Below are positions 49,065 to 60,104 of a stretch of 64,000 bases of DNA, one piece after another. Numbering within the stretch: the first letter of the stretch is position 1; every line of letters starts with the position of its first letter. Below the pieces are notes generated by a model. It was not told the DNA's origin. It saw nothing but the letters and a program-made list of their open reading frames with translations, and made no database searches. The stretch spans positions 480,001 through 544,000 of the forward strand of contig CAVTHK010000011.1 in the NCBI GenBank assembly GCA_963734495.1. Reading direction: 5' to 3'. Origin of the DNA: an uncultured Spirochaetota bacterium. GTDB lineage: Bacteria > Spirochaetota > Spirochaetia > SZUA-6 > CAVTHK01. The position numbers were made by a program, and so were the translations under genes.

Positions 49065-50627
49065 ATGAAGAGATTGTTCGCGGTGACGGCGACCCTCTGC
49101 TTCCTCGCGGCAGCGCTCTATGCGGGCGGCACGACGGAAGCGGCTGCGAAGACGGCCACCGAAGAAGTGACGTGGATGGTCCACATGGACCTGGCCACGA
49201 ACAAATCGTGGACGACGACGGCCGTGCCGGAGCTGCTCAAGAAGTACGGCTTCGACGTCAAGTTCCGCATGATCGAGATGGGCACCCACGACCAGGCGGG
49301 GGAGTACTACACCAAGTTCCAGACCACCGTCGCTTCGGGCGCGCAGCCGCCCGACATCATCCACCTGTCGGGTCTGCGGACCGAGGCGCTCGACGCGGGA
49401 TGGTACGCGGAGCTGAACATCGACACGGTCAAGAAGCTGATGCCGAAGTACTACGCGGCGGCCAACAAGATCTACGACAAGATCTGGGCCTGGGGCAAGG
49501 ACGCCCAGACCGGCAAGCTCTATGGCCTTCCGTCGTGGAACATGTTCGGGTCGACCCGGCACACGATGGTCTACCGCAAGGACTGGCTCGATCAGCTCGG
49601 GCTCAAGGTCCCGGTCACGATCGAGGAGTTCGAGACGTTCCTCCGCAAGGTCCGCACCGTGGATTTCAACGGCAACGGCCAGAAGGACGAGTACGGCTAC
49701 ACCTCCGGAACGAACTCGCCGCAGGCGGGATTCAGCGAGGTATTCGGCGCCTACGGGACCCTGCCGCAGGCGTGGCTGGTCAGGGACGGCAAGGTAGTGC
49801 GCGGCGAGATGCTCCCGGGCGCCAAAGAAGCGCTCGCCACGCTCGCAAGGTGGTACGCCGAGGACCTGATTCCCAAGGGAGTCAACACCACCGAGAAGCG
49901 GCGCGACGGCTTCAACCAGGGCATCCGGGGCAGCTATGGGCAGGCGGACGGCTACGCCCCCGCCCTCGTCAAGGGCGGTCAGAACTACGAGGAGTTCTAC
50001 AAGATGCAGCCCAAGGGCGTGATGCTGCCGGCGCCGAGCTTCAAAGGGCCCCGCGGCGAATGGGGCACGCTGGAGTGGGGCCCCCGCAAGTACACGGCGA
50101 GCTTCGGGTCTCACCTGGCGAAGAACCCGGCGAAGATGGAAATGCTCATGAAGATGCTCGAGACCATCGCCACGAACGAGGAGTTGTTCGTGGCCGCGAT
50201 GCTGGGCAAGAAGGGCGTGCACTGGGACTTCACCGACCCCTCCAAGACCAGCGGGGCGACCAAGTTCCTCGAGCCCTACACCGAGTTCAACAAGCGCCTC
50301 GACGAAGTCGGCGTGCGCGAGATGTCGGAGAGCCCGTACTGTCCGGTCTGGGTGCCCGAGGTCTACGAGAAGTACCTCGACCCGCTGGCCGTCGAGTACG
50401 CCCATTACAACCCGGGGTACTTCGACGCGCTGCTGCAGATCCCGTTCGCGGCGCAGACCAAGTATTCCCCGGCGCTCAACAATCTGACCAACGAGACCTT
50501 CCTGTCGATCGTCACGGGCAGGAAGCCGCTCGGCGAGTACGACAGCTATGTGCAGACCTGGATGAAGAACGGCGGCGAGGAGATGACGAAGGCGGCCCAG
50601 GCCCTCTACGACAAAGCGTTCAAGTAA
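49065..50627 (+). CDS. ABC extracellular solute-binding protein
   Basis: AAGGAG RBS; signal peptide then AGG; YRKDWLD.LGL..P.T.EE, D.NGNGQKDE. Confidence 0.9.
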   Translation: MKRLFAVTATLCFLAAALYAGGTTEAAAKTATEEVTWMVHMDLATNKSWTTTAVPELLKKYGFDVKFRMIEMGTHDQAGEYYTKFQTTVASGAQPPDIIHLSGLRTEALDAGWYAELNIDTVKKLMPKYYAAANKIYDKIWAWGKDAQTGKLYGLPSWNMFGSTRHTMVYRKDWLDQLGLKVPVTIEEFETFLRKVRTVDFNGNGQKDEYGYTSGTNSPQAGFSEVFGAYGTLPQAWLVRDGKVVRGEMLPGAKEALATLARWYAEDLIPKGVNTTEKRRDGFNQGIRGSYGQADGYAPALVKGGQNYEEFYKMQPKGVMLPAPSFKGPRGEWGTLEWGPRKYTASFGSHLAKNPAKMEMLMKMLETIATNEELFVAAMLGKKGVHWDFTDPSKTSGATKFLEPYTEFNKRLDEVGVREMSESPYCPVWVPEVYEKYLDPLAVEYAHYNPGYFDALLQIPFAAQTKYSPALNNLTNETFLSIVTGRKPLGEYDSYVQTWMKNGGEEMTKAAQALYDKAFK

Positions 50628-50646
50628 TCCCGAAGCAGCAAGCGGT

Positions 50647-50681
50647 GAGGGGAGGGCCGCCCACGCGGGCGCCCTCCCCTC
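50647..50681. terminator. Hairpin between convergent genes
   Basis: GAGGGGAGGGC...GCCCTCCCCTC. Confidence 0.6.
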
Positions 50682-50715
50682 GGCCGCGCCGGGCTATCGG
50701 TGACCGGCGGCCGCG

Positions 50716-51750
50716 TCAGCCCGCGGGAAACGGGTTGCGCTCCCTGAAGTCGGCCTGGTGCCAGTAGGGGTAGACCTTCGGCACTTCGCTCGCCCGGTCG
50801 AGCCTGGCGATCTGCTCGGCCGTGAGCTCCCAGCCGACCGCGCCGATGTTGTCGCGCAGCTGCGCCTCGTTCCTCGCCCCGATGATGACCGTCGAGACGG
50901 TCGGCCTGTGCAGGAGCCAGTTGATCGCGATCTGCGGGACGCTCTTACCCGTCTCCGCGGCGACCTCGTCGAGGGCGTCGACGACGCGGTAGAGGTGCTC
51001 GTCGGCGATCTGCGGCCCGCCGGCAGCAGCGACCGCGCTCCGCAGGCGGCTCGTCCCGGGCAACGGCTGCCCGCGCCGGATCCTGCCGGTCAGCCGGCTC
51101 CAGCCCAGGGGACTCCAGACCACGCAGCCCACCCCCTGGTCCAGGCCCAGCGGCATCAGCTCCCACTCGTATTCGCGGCCGACCAGCGAGTAGTAGGCCT
51201 GGTGCGCGACGTAGCGCGCCCAGCCGTGCCGGTCGGAGACCGCGAGCGACTTCATCAGGTGCCAGCCGGAGAAGTTGGAGCAGCCGATGTAGCGGATCTT
51301 GCCGGCCGTGACCAGGTCGTCGAGCGTGCGCAGAGTCTCCTCGACGGGAGTGACCGCGTCGAAACCGTGGAGCTGGAACAGGTCGATGGTTTCGGTCCCG
51401 AGGCGGCGGAGGCTGTCCTCGACCGCCCGGACCAGGTGGAAGCGCGAAGAGCCCACGTCGTTGGGCCCGTCGCCGCGGCGGAAGGTAGCCTTGGTCGAGA
51501 TGAGGACCTTGTCCCGGCGTCCCTTGATCGCCTGTCCGAGGATCTGTTCGGCGCGGCCGTCGGAGTAGACGTCGGCCGAGTCGAACATGACGAGCCCCGC
51601 ATCGAGCGCGATATCCACGAGGCGGGTCGCGCCCGCCGCGTCCGTGTCGCCCCAGGCCTTGAAGAACTCGCTGCCGCCGCCGAAGGTGCCGGTGCCGAGG
51701 CTGAGGGCGGGCACCTTGAAACCGGACGAGCCGAGGCGCCTGTATTCCAC
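50716..51750 (-). CDS. Aldo/keto reductase
   Basis: DSADVYS.G.AE, STK, SLRRLGT..IDLFQLH, GKIRYIGCSN, WSPL. Confidence 0.92.
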   Translation of the reverse strand: MEYRRLGSSGFKVPALSLGTGTFGGGSEFFKAWGDTDAAGATRLVDIALDAGLVMFDSADVYSDGRAEQILGQAIKGRRDKVLISTKATFRRGDGPNDVGSSRFHLVRAVEDSLRRLGTETIDLFQLHGFDAVTPVEETLRTLDDLVTAGKIRYIGCSNFSGWHLMKSLAVSDRHGWARYVAHQAYYSLVGREYEWELMPLGLDQGVGCVVWSPLGWSRLTGRIRRGQPLPGTSRLRSAVAAAGGPQIADEHLYRVVDALDEVAAETGKSVPQIAINWLLHRPTVSTVIIGARNEAQLRDNIGAVGWELTAEQIARLDRASEVPKVYPYWHQADFRERNPFPAG

Positions 51751-51883
51751 GCTGCATCCTCCCGCCCTGCCGGGCCGCGGGTCGCCGCCAGGGGCGCGCC
51801 CAAGCTACCGACTTGCCCGGTCGGCGGTCAAGGGAAAGGAACCATTTGATGCGACGCACCGACCGCCGGTAGGATACAGGCTG

Positions 51884-54124
51884 ATGAAGGCCCGCCGGCG
51901 ACGACTCCCGATCCTCGCTCTGCTGCTCGGGGCGCTGGCCGCTCCGCGCCTGACGGCCCAGGACGGGGGAGCGCAGCAAGCTCCCGGCCGCGCGCGGCCC
52001 CGTATCGCGCTCGTGCTTTCGGGCGGCGGCGCCAGGGGCATCGCGCACGTCGGCGTGCTCGAGGTGCTCGAGGAGCTGCGCATACCGATCGACTTCATAG
52101 TGGGCACGAGCATGGGCGCCATCGTGGGCGGCCTGTACGCCTGCGGCTGGTCGCCGCAGGCCATCGAGCGGCTGCTCGCGGCCACCGACTGGGACGCGCT
52201 GTTCGACGACCAGCCGCCGCGACGCGAGGTGTCGCTTCGCCAGCGGGAGGGGCAGGGCCGGTTCGCCAGGGTCGAGCTCGGGATCAAGAACGGCGCCGTG
52301 GCCTCTGCGCGCGGCCTCATCGCGGGGCAGGACCTCGGCTTCCTGCTCGAGACGCTCACCATGAACGCGGTCACGGCCAAGACGTTCGACGACCTTGCCA
52401 TCCCGTTCCGCGCCGTCGCCGCCGACGTGCGCTCGGGCAGCCGCGTGGTGCTCGATCGGGGCAACCTCGCCGACGCCCTTCGCGCGAGCATGGCGGTTCC
52501 CGGGGCCTTCGTGCCCGTGGAGCGCGACGACATGGTCCTTGTCGACGGGGGGATCCTCGACAACATGCCCGTGGACGTCGCGCTCGCCACGGGGGCGCAG
52601 ACCGTGATCGCCGTGGCTCTCCCCGCGGATGCATCGGCAGGAGAGCGAGCCGCGTTCGCTCATAGGCCTCGCGCTGAAGGTCGCGGAGACGGTGACCGCG
52701 GACAACGTGCGGCGCCAGCGCGAGATGCTGCGCGAGGGCGACGAGATCGTCACGGTCGACACCAGACCGTATTCCATGACCGATTTTGCCGAGAGCCTCC
52801 CCATCGTCCGCCGCGGCCGGGAGGCCGCGAGGGCCGCGGCGGGATCGCTCAAGCGGCTTTCGGTGGACGAAGCCTCCTACGCCGCCTTTCTGGCGCGGCA
52901 GCGGCGCGAGCCCGACGATCCGGGCTCGATCGACTTTGTCCGCGTCGAGATCGACGGGTCGGTGGCGCCGGAGCGGGTGGCCGCCCTCATGAAGACGCGC
53001 GGCGGCAACCGCCTGGACCTGCGGACGCTCGAGCAGGACATCGACCGCATCTACGCGATCGGCCTGTTCCAGACTGTGGGCTTCCGGCTCGTCGACGAGC
53101 CGGCGGGCAGGGGCCTGGTGATCAGGGCGAAGGAGAAGCCGTACGGCCCTCGCTACCTGCGGTTCGCCCTCAACGCCAGCGACGACTTCCAGGGCGGCAC
53201 CGCCTACACGGTGAGCGCGGAGTACTCGGTGACCGACCTCGACCGCCTCGGCGGTGAATGGACGACGGAGGCTTTCGCGGGACGGACCCTCGGCCTCTCG
53301 ACCACTCTGCACCAGCCGCTCGACTACGCGGCGCGCCTCTACCTCGAGTCGGGCCTCCGGGTGGGGCAGACGATCTCCGACTTCTACGACCAAGGGCGGC
53401 GCGAGGCCCAGTACCGCGTGACTTCCGCGGCGGCGACCTCGCGGCGGGCGTGCGTCTCGGGCCGTCGCTGGAGGTCTGGACGGGTCTCTCGGGGACGCGG
53501 GAGAGCGCAGGCGCCGCGATCGGAGACGTGGAATCGTCGAAGTTCGAGGCCACGATCGTCGGATGGGAGAGCGGGTTCGCCTGGGACCGGCTGGAGGGGT
53601 TCGATCTGCTCAAGGGAGGGTTCGGGCTCTCCTCGACTGCTTTCGTCAGCCGGCGGGCGCTGGGCTCGGACGACGACTACGAGCTGCTCGATGCCTCCGC
53701 CGCTGCGGCTCACACCATGGGCCGGCACACGGTGCAGGGCTGGGTTCGAGGCCGGGACGAGCCTCGGGGGCGACCGCATACCGTGGACGAGCCGGTTCAC
53801 TCTCGGCGGGCTGCAGCGCCTGGCAGGGTACAGGCCCGGGCAGATCTCGGGCCTCCACTACGGCTTCGCTTCGCTCGGCTACCTCTTCCGCGTGGCGCCC
53901 GCGCTCGATACCGCCCGGTTCGGCTTCCATCTCGGCATCGCCGCCGAAGCCGGGAGGAGTGTGGGAGAGGCCGGAGGACATCGGCCTGGAGAGCGTCCGG
54001 CCGGGCGGGACGCTCATGGCGGCTCTTTGTCACGCCGCTCGGTCCCCTCTACCTCGCCTACGGCTACGCCAGCGGCGGGAGCCCGTACGGCAACGTCTAT
54101 CTCGTTCTCGGCCAGATCCAGTGA
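51884..54124 (+). CDS. Patatin phospholipase-POTRA-beta-barrel protein (PlpD-like) with several frameshifts
   Basis: LSGGGARG.AHVG, GTSMG, DGG; POTRA-like LEQDIDRIY..GLF; barrel end F.LGG..L.GY, TPLGPLYLAYG..YL.LG; spread over several frames. Confidence 0.78.
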
Positions 54125-54256
54125 CGCCGGCTCGCGTCTCCCGCCGCCCGCGGCCGGACAGCACGGGCGCCGTTCGGTTTGACGCCTGCCGCACCGGCCG
54201 CTCTACACTTTCGGGTGCGAGCGGCGGCGCAGGCCCGCCGCATCGGGGAGGACACG

Positions 54257-56116
54257 ATGAGACGAGCCGTCGCGTGCGCTCTGGCGGTGCTCTCCTGGCG
54301 TCGGTCGCCGGCGCGCAGCGCAGGACCAGGGGTCTCGAGGTCAAGGTCCGCGAGCTGGGCGGCGAGTACGCCGCGGTGGGCAGGCAGTACGTCGTGCTCA
54401 TCGGGATCGACCGGTACCGAGAGCTGGCCGGCGCTGAGGAACCCCGTCAAGGACGCGCGCCAGATCAAGGAGATCCTCGACCGCAGGTACTACGTCGACC
54501 AGTTCATCGAGCTGTACGACGGCGACGCCAGCAAAGCCGCCGTCATCCGGCTGTTCGGCAGCCTGATCGAGACGACCAGGCCCGAAGACTCGGTTCTGGT
54601 CTTCTACTCGGGCCACGGCTTCCTCGATCCGCTGTCCAACACGGGGTTCTGGATCCCGGTCGACGGCGGCGTCGACCGCTACGCGCAGGAGAACTGGATC
54701 CCCAACGCGCAGCTCCGCGGGTTCATCGGCCGCATGAAGGCGCGCCACGTCGCGCTCGTGGCCGACTCCTGCTTCTCCGGCGACATCCTCGACCCGACCA
54801 GGGGCGCGGCGCCCGGACATCGTCGGCGACTACTTCCGCAACGCGTACAAGCGGGTCTCCCGCCAGGTGCTGACCTCCGGGGCTTCGGAGGCCGTGCCCG
54901 ACTCCTCGCCCTTCGCGCTCCAGTTGCGGCTCGCGCTCGAGGGAAACCGCCGGCCCTACCTCGATCCGCTGATGCTCTACGACGAGATCCGCCTCGGCGT
55001 CACGGGGACCACTCCGCTCTTCGGGTCGCTCAAGGAGGCCGGACACCAGGAGGGCGGCAGCTTCCTGCTGTTTCTCAAGGACGCGGCGGCGCCCGATCCG
55101 CGCCGCGGGCGCGGGCCCCGCGGCCGGGACCGACCGTGACCGTGCGCAAGGCGTACGGCAGCATCGAGGTGGAGGCGCAGGACCGCCGGCGACCTCTACC
55201 TGGACGGCGCGCTGCAGGTGAGCGTCCCCGCGCGGGGCAGCGCGCGCATCGACAATGTCGAGGCCGGGCCCCACGCCGTCGGGATGCGCTACGACGACTC
55301 GCAGAGCGAGACGCGCCGCGTGTCGGTGCAGAAGGACGGCACGGTCGTCGGTGGCGTTCGTCCTACGTCCCGCAGGTTCTCGACATGGTGTACGTCGAAG
55401 GCGGCTCCTTCCTGATGGGCGACGCGTCCAAGGACGCGGACGACGACGAGAAGCCCGTGCACCAGGTGACGCGTCGGCGGCTTCTACCTCTCGAGGCACG
55501 AGGTGACGTTCGCGCAGTACGACCGGTTCTGCGACGAGACGGGACGCGACGCCGCCGGGCGACGAGGGCTGGGGCCGGGAGACGAGGCCCGTCGTCAATG
55601 TGTCGTGGCTCGACGCGGCGGAGTTCTGCAACTGGCTTTCGGAGAACGAAGGGCTCACGCCGTTCTATTCGATCTCGGGCGGCTCCGTGACGTGGACGAC
55701 GCCGCGGACGGGTACCGGCTGCCCACCGAAGCCGAGTGGGAGTACGCGGCGGGCGGGGGCGACCGAGAACGGCGGGACGAAGTACGCGGGGGCCGAAGAG
55801 CTCGACGACGTGGCCTGGCACAAGGACAACGCCGGGGAGCATGACGCATCCCGTGGGCGAGAAGGACGCGAACGAGCTCGGCCTCTTCGACATGAGCGGC
55901 AACGTCTGGGAGTGGTGCCACGACTGGTACGGGCCATACTCTGGCCGACGCGCAGGAAGACCCGCAGGGACCCGAGAGCGGCAGCGACCGCGTCGTGCGC
56001 GGCGGCTCGTGGTACAGCGAGCGCGCGCGAGGTGCGGCTGTCGTACCGCGCGCAGCTTCGGCCCGGCCGACCACGACAACGACCTCGGCTTCCGCCCCGC
56101 GCGGCCCGACCGGTAG
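54257..56116 (+). CDS. Exported caspase-like (peptidase C14)-PEGA-FGE-sulfatase domain protein, heavily frameshifted
   Basis: LIGIDRY, L.NPV.DA, FYSGHG, ADSCFSG; then [58 protein letters not shown] across shifting frames. Confidence 0.75.
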
Positions 56117-56147
56117 GCGGGCGCAGGCCGCGGCGCGGCGGCCTTCT

Positions 56148-57191
56148 TCACCTTATGATCGTATAGCTGAAGGTCGCCTCGGCGACCTCGGTATCGTTCG
56201 CCGTCGCGGCGAGACCCCGGGTCACCATCGCCGCGGTCACCACGCCCATGTCCTGGAACGCTTCCTCGATGTCCGTGAACTGCGTGGTCGACGCGACGAC
56301 CTTGATGAACTCGGTGCCGTGCGGAGGGCCGAGCTCGAAGACGAAAGGGTACGATTCGTCGGGGATGTGGTACGTGCGGCCGCCCTGGACCGCGTTGTCG
56401 CGGTGGTACGGATTCGGGAAGATGAGCCGCGTCATCTTCTGGACGTCCACGTGGTAGATCTTGATGAAGCCGTCGCGGTTCGCGCGGAAGCTCACGACGA
56501 GGTTCTCGCCGTCGCGGTAGGTGCCGCCGTCGCCGCGCACGTTCCACGCCTCGACCGCGAACGCGCCGCCGGCCGGCGCCGCACCGGACGCCGCTGCGCC
56601 GGAAGACCGCTGCGCGGCCGCCAGCTGGTCCCGCACGTAGCGCGCGTCGTCGTAGTTGTCGGGCAGGATCGACACGCCCGCGGGGATCGCCGCCTTCGGC
56701 ACGACGGCCTCGGCCCGCGCCATCACCGTGCCCTTCTCCACGCTCAGCAGCTCGAAGAAGACCCTCACGCCCGAGCCCGCTTCGAAGAACGTGCCCGAGA
56801 GCAGGGCCTGGACGCCCTTGATCCTGCCGGCCGGCACGGCGGTCTTCTGGTCCACCATGTCGGAGAGGCTGAGCTCCTGCGCGGCGAGCACCTGGTCCAG
56901 CCTCGCCCGCGAGAAGAGCTCGAAGCGCCCCTGCCGCATCAGGACCGTCGAAAACGCCTCTTCGAGGTAGCGGGAAAAGGCGGAGCCCGCCTTGAGGTCG
57001 GCGAACGTGAAGGTGCCAAAGGCGAGCACGAGCGGATCGGACGTCGCGGCCGCGAGCCTGTCGGCGGCCGGCGCGAGGTATGGCTCGATGTCCGCCTGCG
57101 CGAGCGCGGGGCCCGCGCAGGCGACGAGCAGGGCCAGCAACAGCGCCATCGGCCGAGGCCGGATCACGGGCAGACACTTCATCGAGCGCAC
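56148..57191 (-). CDS. Exported protein: FlgO/CsgG-like N-terminus plus DUF4384-like C-terminal domain
   Basis: R..LD.VL..QEL..S..D...A..G; Y..GE......N.D.F..I....LIFPN....N......IP.....F....P.G.E.IK..AS. Confidence 0.65.
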   Translation of the reverse strand: MRSMKCLPVIRPRPMALLLALLVACAGPALAQADIEPYLAPAADRLAAATSDPLVLAFGTFTFADLKAGSAFSRYLEEAFSTVLMRQGRFELFSRARLDQVLAAQELSLSDMVDQKTAVPAGRIKGVQALLSGTFFEAGSGVRVFFELLSVEKGTVMARAEAVVPKAAIPAGVSILPDNYDDARYVRDQLAAAQRSSGAAASGAAPAGGAFAVEAWNVRGDGGTYRDGENLVVSFRANRDGFIKIYHVDVQKMTRLIFPNPYHRDNAVQGGRTYHIPDESYPFVFELGPPHGTEFIKVVASTTQFTDIEEAFQDMGVVTAAMVTRGLAATANDTEVAEATFSYTIIR

Positions 57192-57206
57192 CTCATGGGA
57201 TCCACT

Positions 57207-58919
57207 CTACATCATGCGGAACATCTGGGACATCGTGCGCCCCATGATGCGGTTGGCCAGCGAGATGGCGCCCAGCACGAGGACGATCAGGATCGTGCCC
57301 AGGGCATAGGCGGGCCCGATCGTCGCCGAGAACAGGTACTCCATGATCGCCACGGTGATCGTCTTCCAGCGGGCCGAGTAGAGCATCACCGTCGTCGAGA
57401 GCTCGCCCATCAGCGTGGAGAAGGAGATGACGGCGCCGGCGAGGATCCCGGGAAGCATCAGCGGCAGCGTGACCCTGCGGAAGGTCGTCCCCCAGGGCGC
57501 GCCCGCGATCGTCGACGCCTCCTCGATGGCGGCGTCCATCTGCGCGAGCGAGGCCGTGGTCGAGCGGAAGACGTACGGCATGCGGCGGATGAAGTAGCCG
57601 ACCACGAGGATGAGCCACGTGCCGCTGAGCACGAGCAGGCCCGAGGAGAAGCCGGTGAGGATCGCCACGCCCACGATGATGCCTGGCAGGATGAAGGGCA
57701 GCATCACCGTGAGGTCCAGAACCCAGCGCGCCCGCATGCCGCGGCGCGAGCTGATGTAGGAGAGCAGGGTGCCCACCACCGAGGCCGCCACCGTCGCGAC
57801 CGTGGCCAGCAGCAGGCTGTTCGCAAGCGGCTGCCGCGCGATCTCGAAGATGCGCGAGTAGTTCTGCAGGGAGAAGCGCTTGGGAAAGCGTGTTCCCGAC
57901 CAGCCCTCGGTGAAAGACGTGAAGATCACGGTGATGTGGGGCAGCAGCGAGAGCAGGACGACGAGGGCGCAGAACGCGAACCCCGCTCCCTTCAGCAGCG
58001 GGCTCGGAGACTCGCGGGCGGCCTGCGTGCGGCTGCTGATCGTCACGTAGGATCGGGCCGCGGTCACCCGCTGCGAGAGGATGATGGCGACCGCCACCAT
58101 GGCGACGTTCACGAGCGAGATGGCGGCCGCGGCGTTGAGGTTGAAGTAGCCCGTGACCTGGAAGTAGATCAGGGTCGGGAGCACGTAGTAGTTGCCGCCT
58201 AACAGCGCGGGCACGCCGAAGTTGCCTACGGCGCGGATGAACACGGTGAGCGCCGCGGTCACGATCGCGGGGAGCACCAGGGGCAGGGTCAGGGTGCGCA
58301 CGATCCGCAGGCGCGGGGCGCCCATGATCTCCGCGCTCTCCTCCAGCGAGGGGTCCGCGGAGAGGAGCGCCCCGTAGGTCAGCAGGAACGGGAAGGGGTA
58401 GTAGCTCAGGCTCATCGCGATGATGACGCCCGGCGCCCCGTAGATGTCGGGGAACGTGATTCCCGCGAGCTGATTCACGAGCCAGGTGAGCATCCCGCGC
58501 CGGCCGAAGAGCAGCACCCACGAGTAGGCCCCGATGAACGGCGGCAGGATCAGCGGCAGCGTCCCGAGGCTCAGGAACAGGGTCTTGGCGGGCATCTCCG
58601 TCTTCGCGAGGAACCAGGCCATCGGGACGCCCAGCAGGCAGGAGAAGACCACCGTCAGCAGCCCGACGACCATCGTGTTGCGCAGCGCGCCGCGGTACAG
58701 CTTCGACGAGGTGAACTCCGCGAAGTTCGCCAGCGTGAGGTTGGCCGCCGTGATCGCCTTGCCCTTCTCGACAAAGCTGGACGCGACGACCTTGGCGAGC
58801 GGGTAGACGATGAAAAGGACGAGGATCACGAGGCTCAGTCCCAGCACGACCACCTGGGACAGCTCGAGCTTGACGCGCCTGCGAGCGCGGATGTCCCTGC
58901 TCTCACGCTCTGCGGCCAT
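57207..58919 (-). CDS. Fe3+/thiamine-type ABC permease (FbpB-like)
   Basis: Two EAA motifs (LEESAEIMGA, IEEASTIAGA), NFGVP. Confidence 0.9.
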   Translation of the reverse strand: MAAERESRDIRARRRVKLELSQVVVLGLSLVILVLFIVYPLAKVVASSFVEKGKAITAANLTLANFAEFTSSKLYRGALRNTMVVGLLTVVFSCLLGVPMAWFLAKTEMPAKTLFLSLGTLPLILPPFIGAYSWVLLFGRRGMLTWLVNQLAGITFPDIYGAPGVIIAMSLSYYPFPFLLTYGALLSADPSLEESAEIMGAPRLRIVRTLTLPLVLPAIVTAALTVFIRAVGNFGVPALLGGNYYVLPTLIYFQVTGYFNLNAAAAISLVNVAMVAVAIILSQRVTAARSYVTISSRTQAARESPSPLLKGAGFAFCALVVLLSLLPHITVIFTSFTEGWSGTRFPKRFSLQNYSRIFEIARQPLANSLLLATVATVAASVVGTLLSYISSRRGMRARWVLDLTVMLPFILPGIIVGVAILTGFSSGLLVLSGTWLILVVGYFIRRMPYVFRSTTASLAQMDAAIEEASTIAGAPWGTTFRRVTLPLMLPGILAGAVISFSTLMGELSTTVMLYSARWKTITVAIMEYLFSATIGPAYALGTILIVLVLGAISLANRIMGRTMSQMFRMM

Positions 58920-58928
58920 CGAAGCTTC

Positions 58929-60104
58929 CTATTCCCGGGCGAGCTGGTCGCGCTGCTCCGGTGGGAAGAGCCTCACGCTCTCCCACTGGAAGCCGACGGC
59001 GACCTCCGACCCCTCGCGAACGCCGGGGATGCGGCGCTTTTCGTCCACGAGGATTTCCCTGGCGGAGTCCGCGGCGAAAACCTCCACGAAGTAGCGCACC
59101 TGGGTGCCGAGGTAGAGGATCGTGCGCACGCGACCCCGCAGGCCCTGCGCGCCTGGGGGCCCCTGCACGTCCGCCCGCGCGGGCCCTTCGATGTGGAGGT
59201 GCTCGGGCCTCACGAACAGGATCGCCTCGCCCTCCGCGGGATTCGCGAGCCGCGCCGGCTCCGCCAGCGGGACCCCGGCGCGCAGGGGAGTCTCCTCCCC
59301 CGAAGGGAAGCGCAGCCGGGCGGCCCCCTCCGGCCGCAGGACCCGGCACGGCAGGAAGTTCGCCTGGCCGATAAAGTCGGCCACCCGCACGCTGTCCGGG
59401 TTCTCGTAGATCTCGTCGGGCATGCCGATCTGGCTCACCCGGCCCGCGTGCATCACCGCGATCCGGTCGGAGATCGAGAGCGCCTCCTCCTGGTCGTGGG
59501 TCACGTAGATCGCGGTCACCCGGGCCTGCTGCTGGATGCGGCGGATCTCCTCGCGCATGTAGATGCGCAGCTTCGCGTCGAGGTTGCTCAGCGGCTCGTC
59601 CAGGAGCAGCAGCTTCGGATCGTAGACCAGGGCGCGGGCCAGCGCGATGCGCTGCTGCTGGCCGCCGGAGAGCTCGCCCGGCTTGCGTCGGGCGGTGCTC
59701 TCCAGGCCCACGAGGGCGAGCAGCTCGCCGACCTTGCGGCGGATCTCTCCCTGCGGCCTGCGGCGCGCCTTGAGGCCGTACGCCACGTTCTCGAACACCG
59801 ACAGGTGGGGGAACAGAGCGTAGCTTTGAAAAACCATGCCGATGCCGCGCCGGAACGGCGGGACCGAGGTGAAGTCCTGCCCCTGGAACTCGATGTGGCC
59901 GCTCGTCGGCCTCTCGAACCCGGCGATGCAGCGCAGCGTGGTGGTCTTTCCGCAGCCGCTCGGGCCGAGGAGGGTGAACAGCTCACCCTCCCGGACCTCG
60001 AGGGAGACGCCGGCCAGGGCCTGCACCTTCTCCTCCTTGGCACGGAAGGTCTTGTGCAGGTCCCGGATCGAGAGTGCGACGGCCTCGGTGCTTACCGCGC
60101 TCAT
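58929..60104 (-). CDS. ABC ATPase (FbpC/PotA-like)
   Basis: GPSGCGKTT, LSGGQQQR, LDEPLSNLD, VTHDQEEA. Confidence 0.92.
   Translation of the reverse strand: MSAVSTEAVALSIRDLHKTFRAKEEKVQALAGVSLEVREGELFTLLGPSGCGKTTTLRCIAGFERPTSGHIEFQGQDFTSVPPFRRGIGMVFQSYALFPHLSVFENVAYGLKARRRPQGEIRRKVGELLALVGLESTARRKPGELSGGQQQRIALARALVYDPKLLLLDEPLSNLDAKLRIYMREEIRRIQQQARVTAIYVTHDQEEALSISDRIAVMHAGRVSQIGMPDEIYENPDSVRVADFIGQANFLPCRVLRPEGAARLRFPSGEETPLRAGVPLAEPARLANPAEGEAILFVRPEHLHIEGPARADVQGPPGAQGLRGRVRTILYLGTQVRYFVEVFAADSAREILVDEKRRIPGVREGSEVAVGFQWESVRLFPPEQRDQLARE

Noticed and set aside
55990-56116. DGR variable region in the FGE/CLec C-terminus
   Set aside because: No second copy (template repeat) or reverse transcriptase seen in the window.
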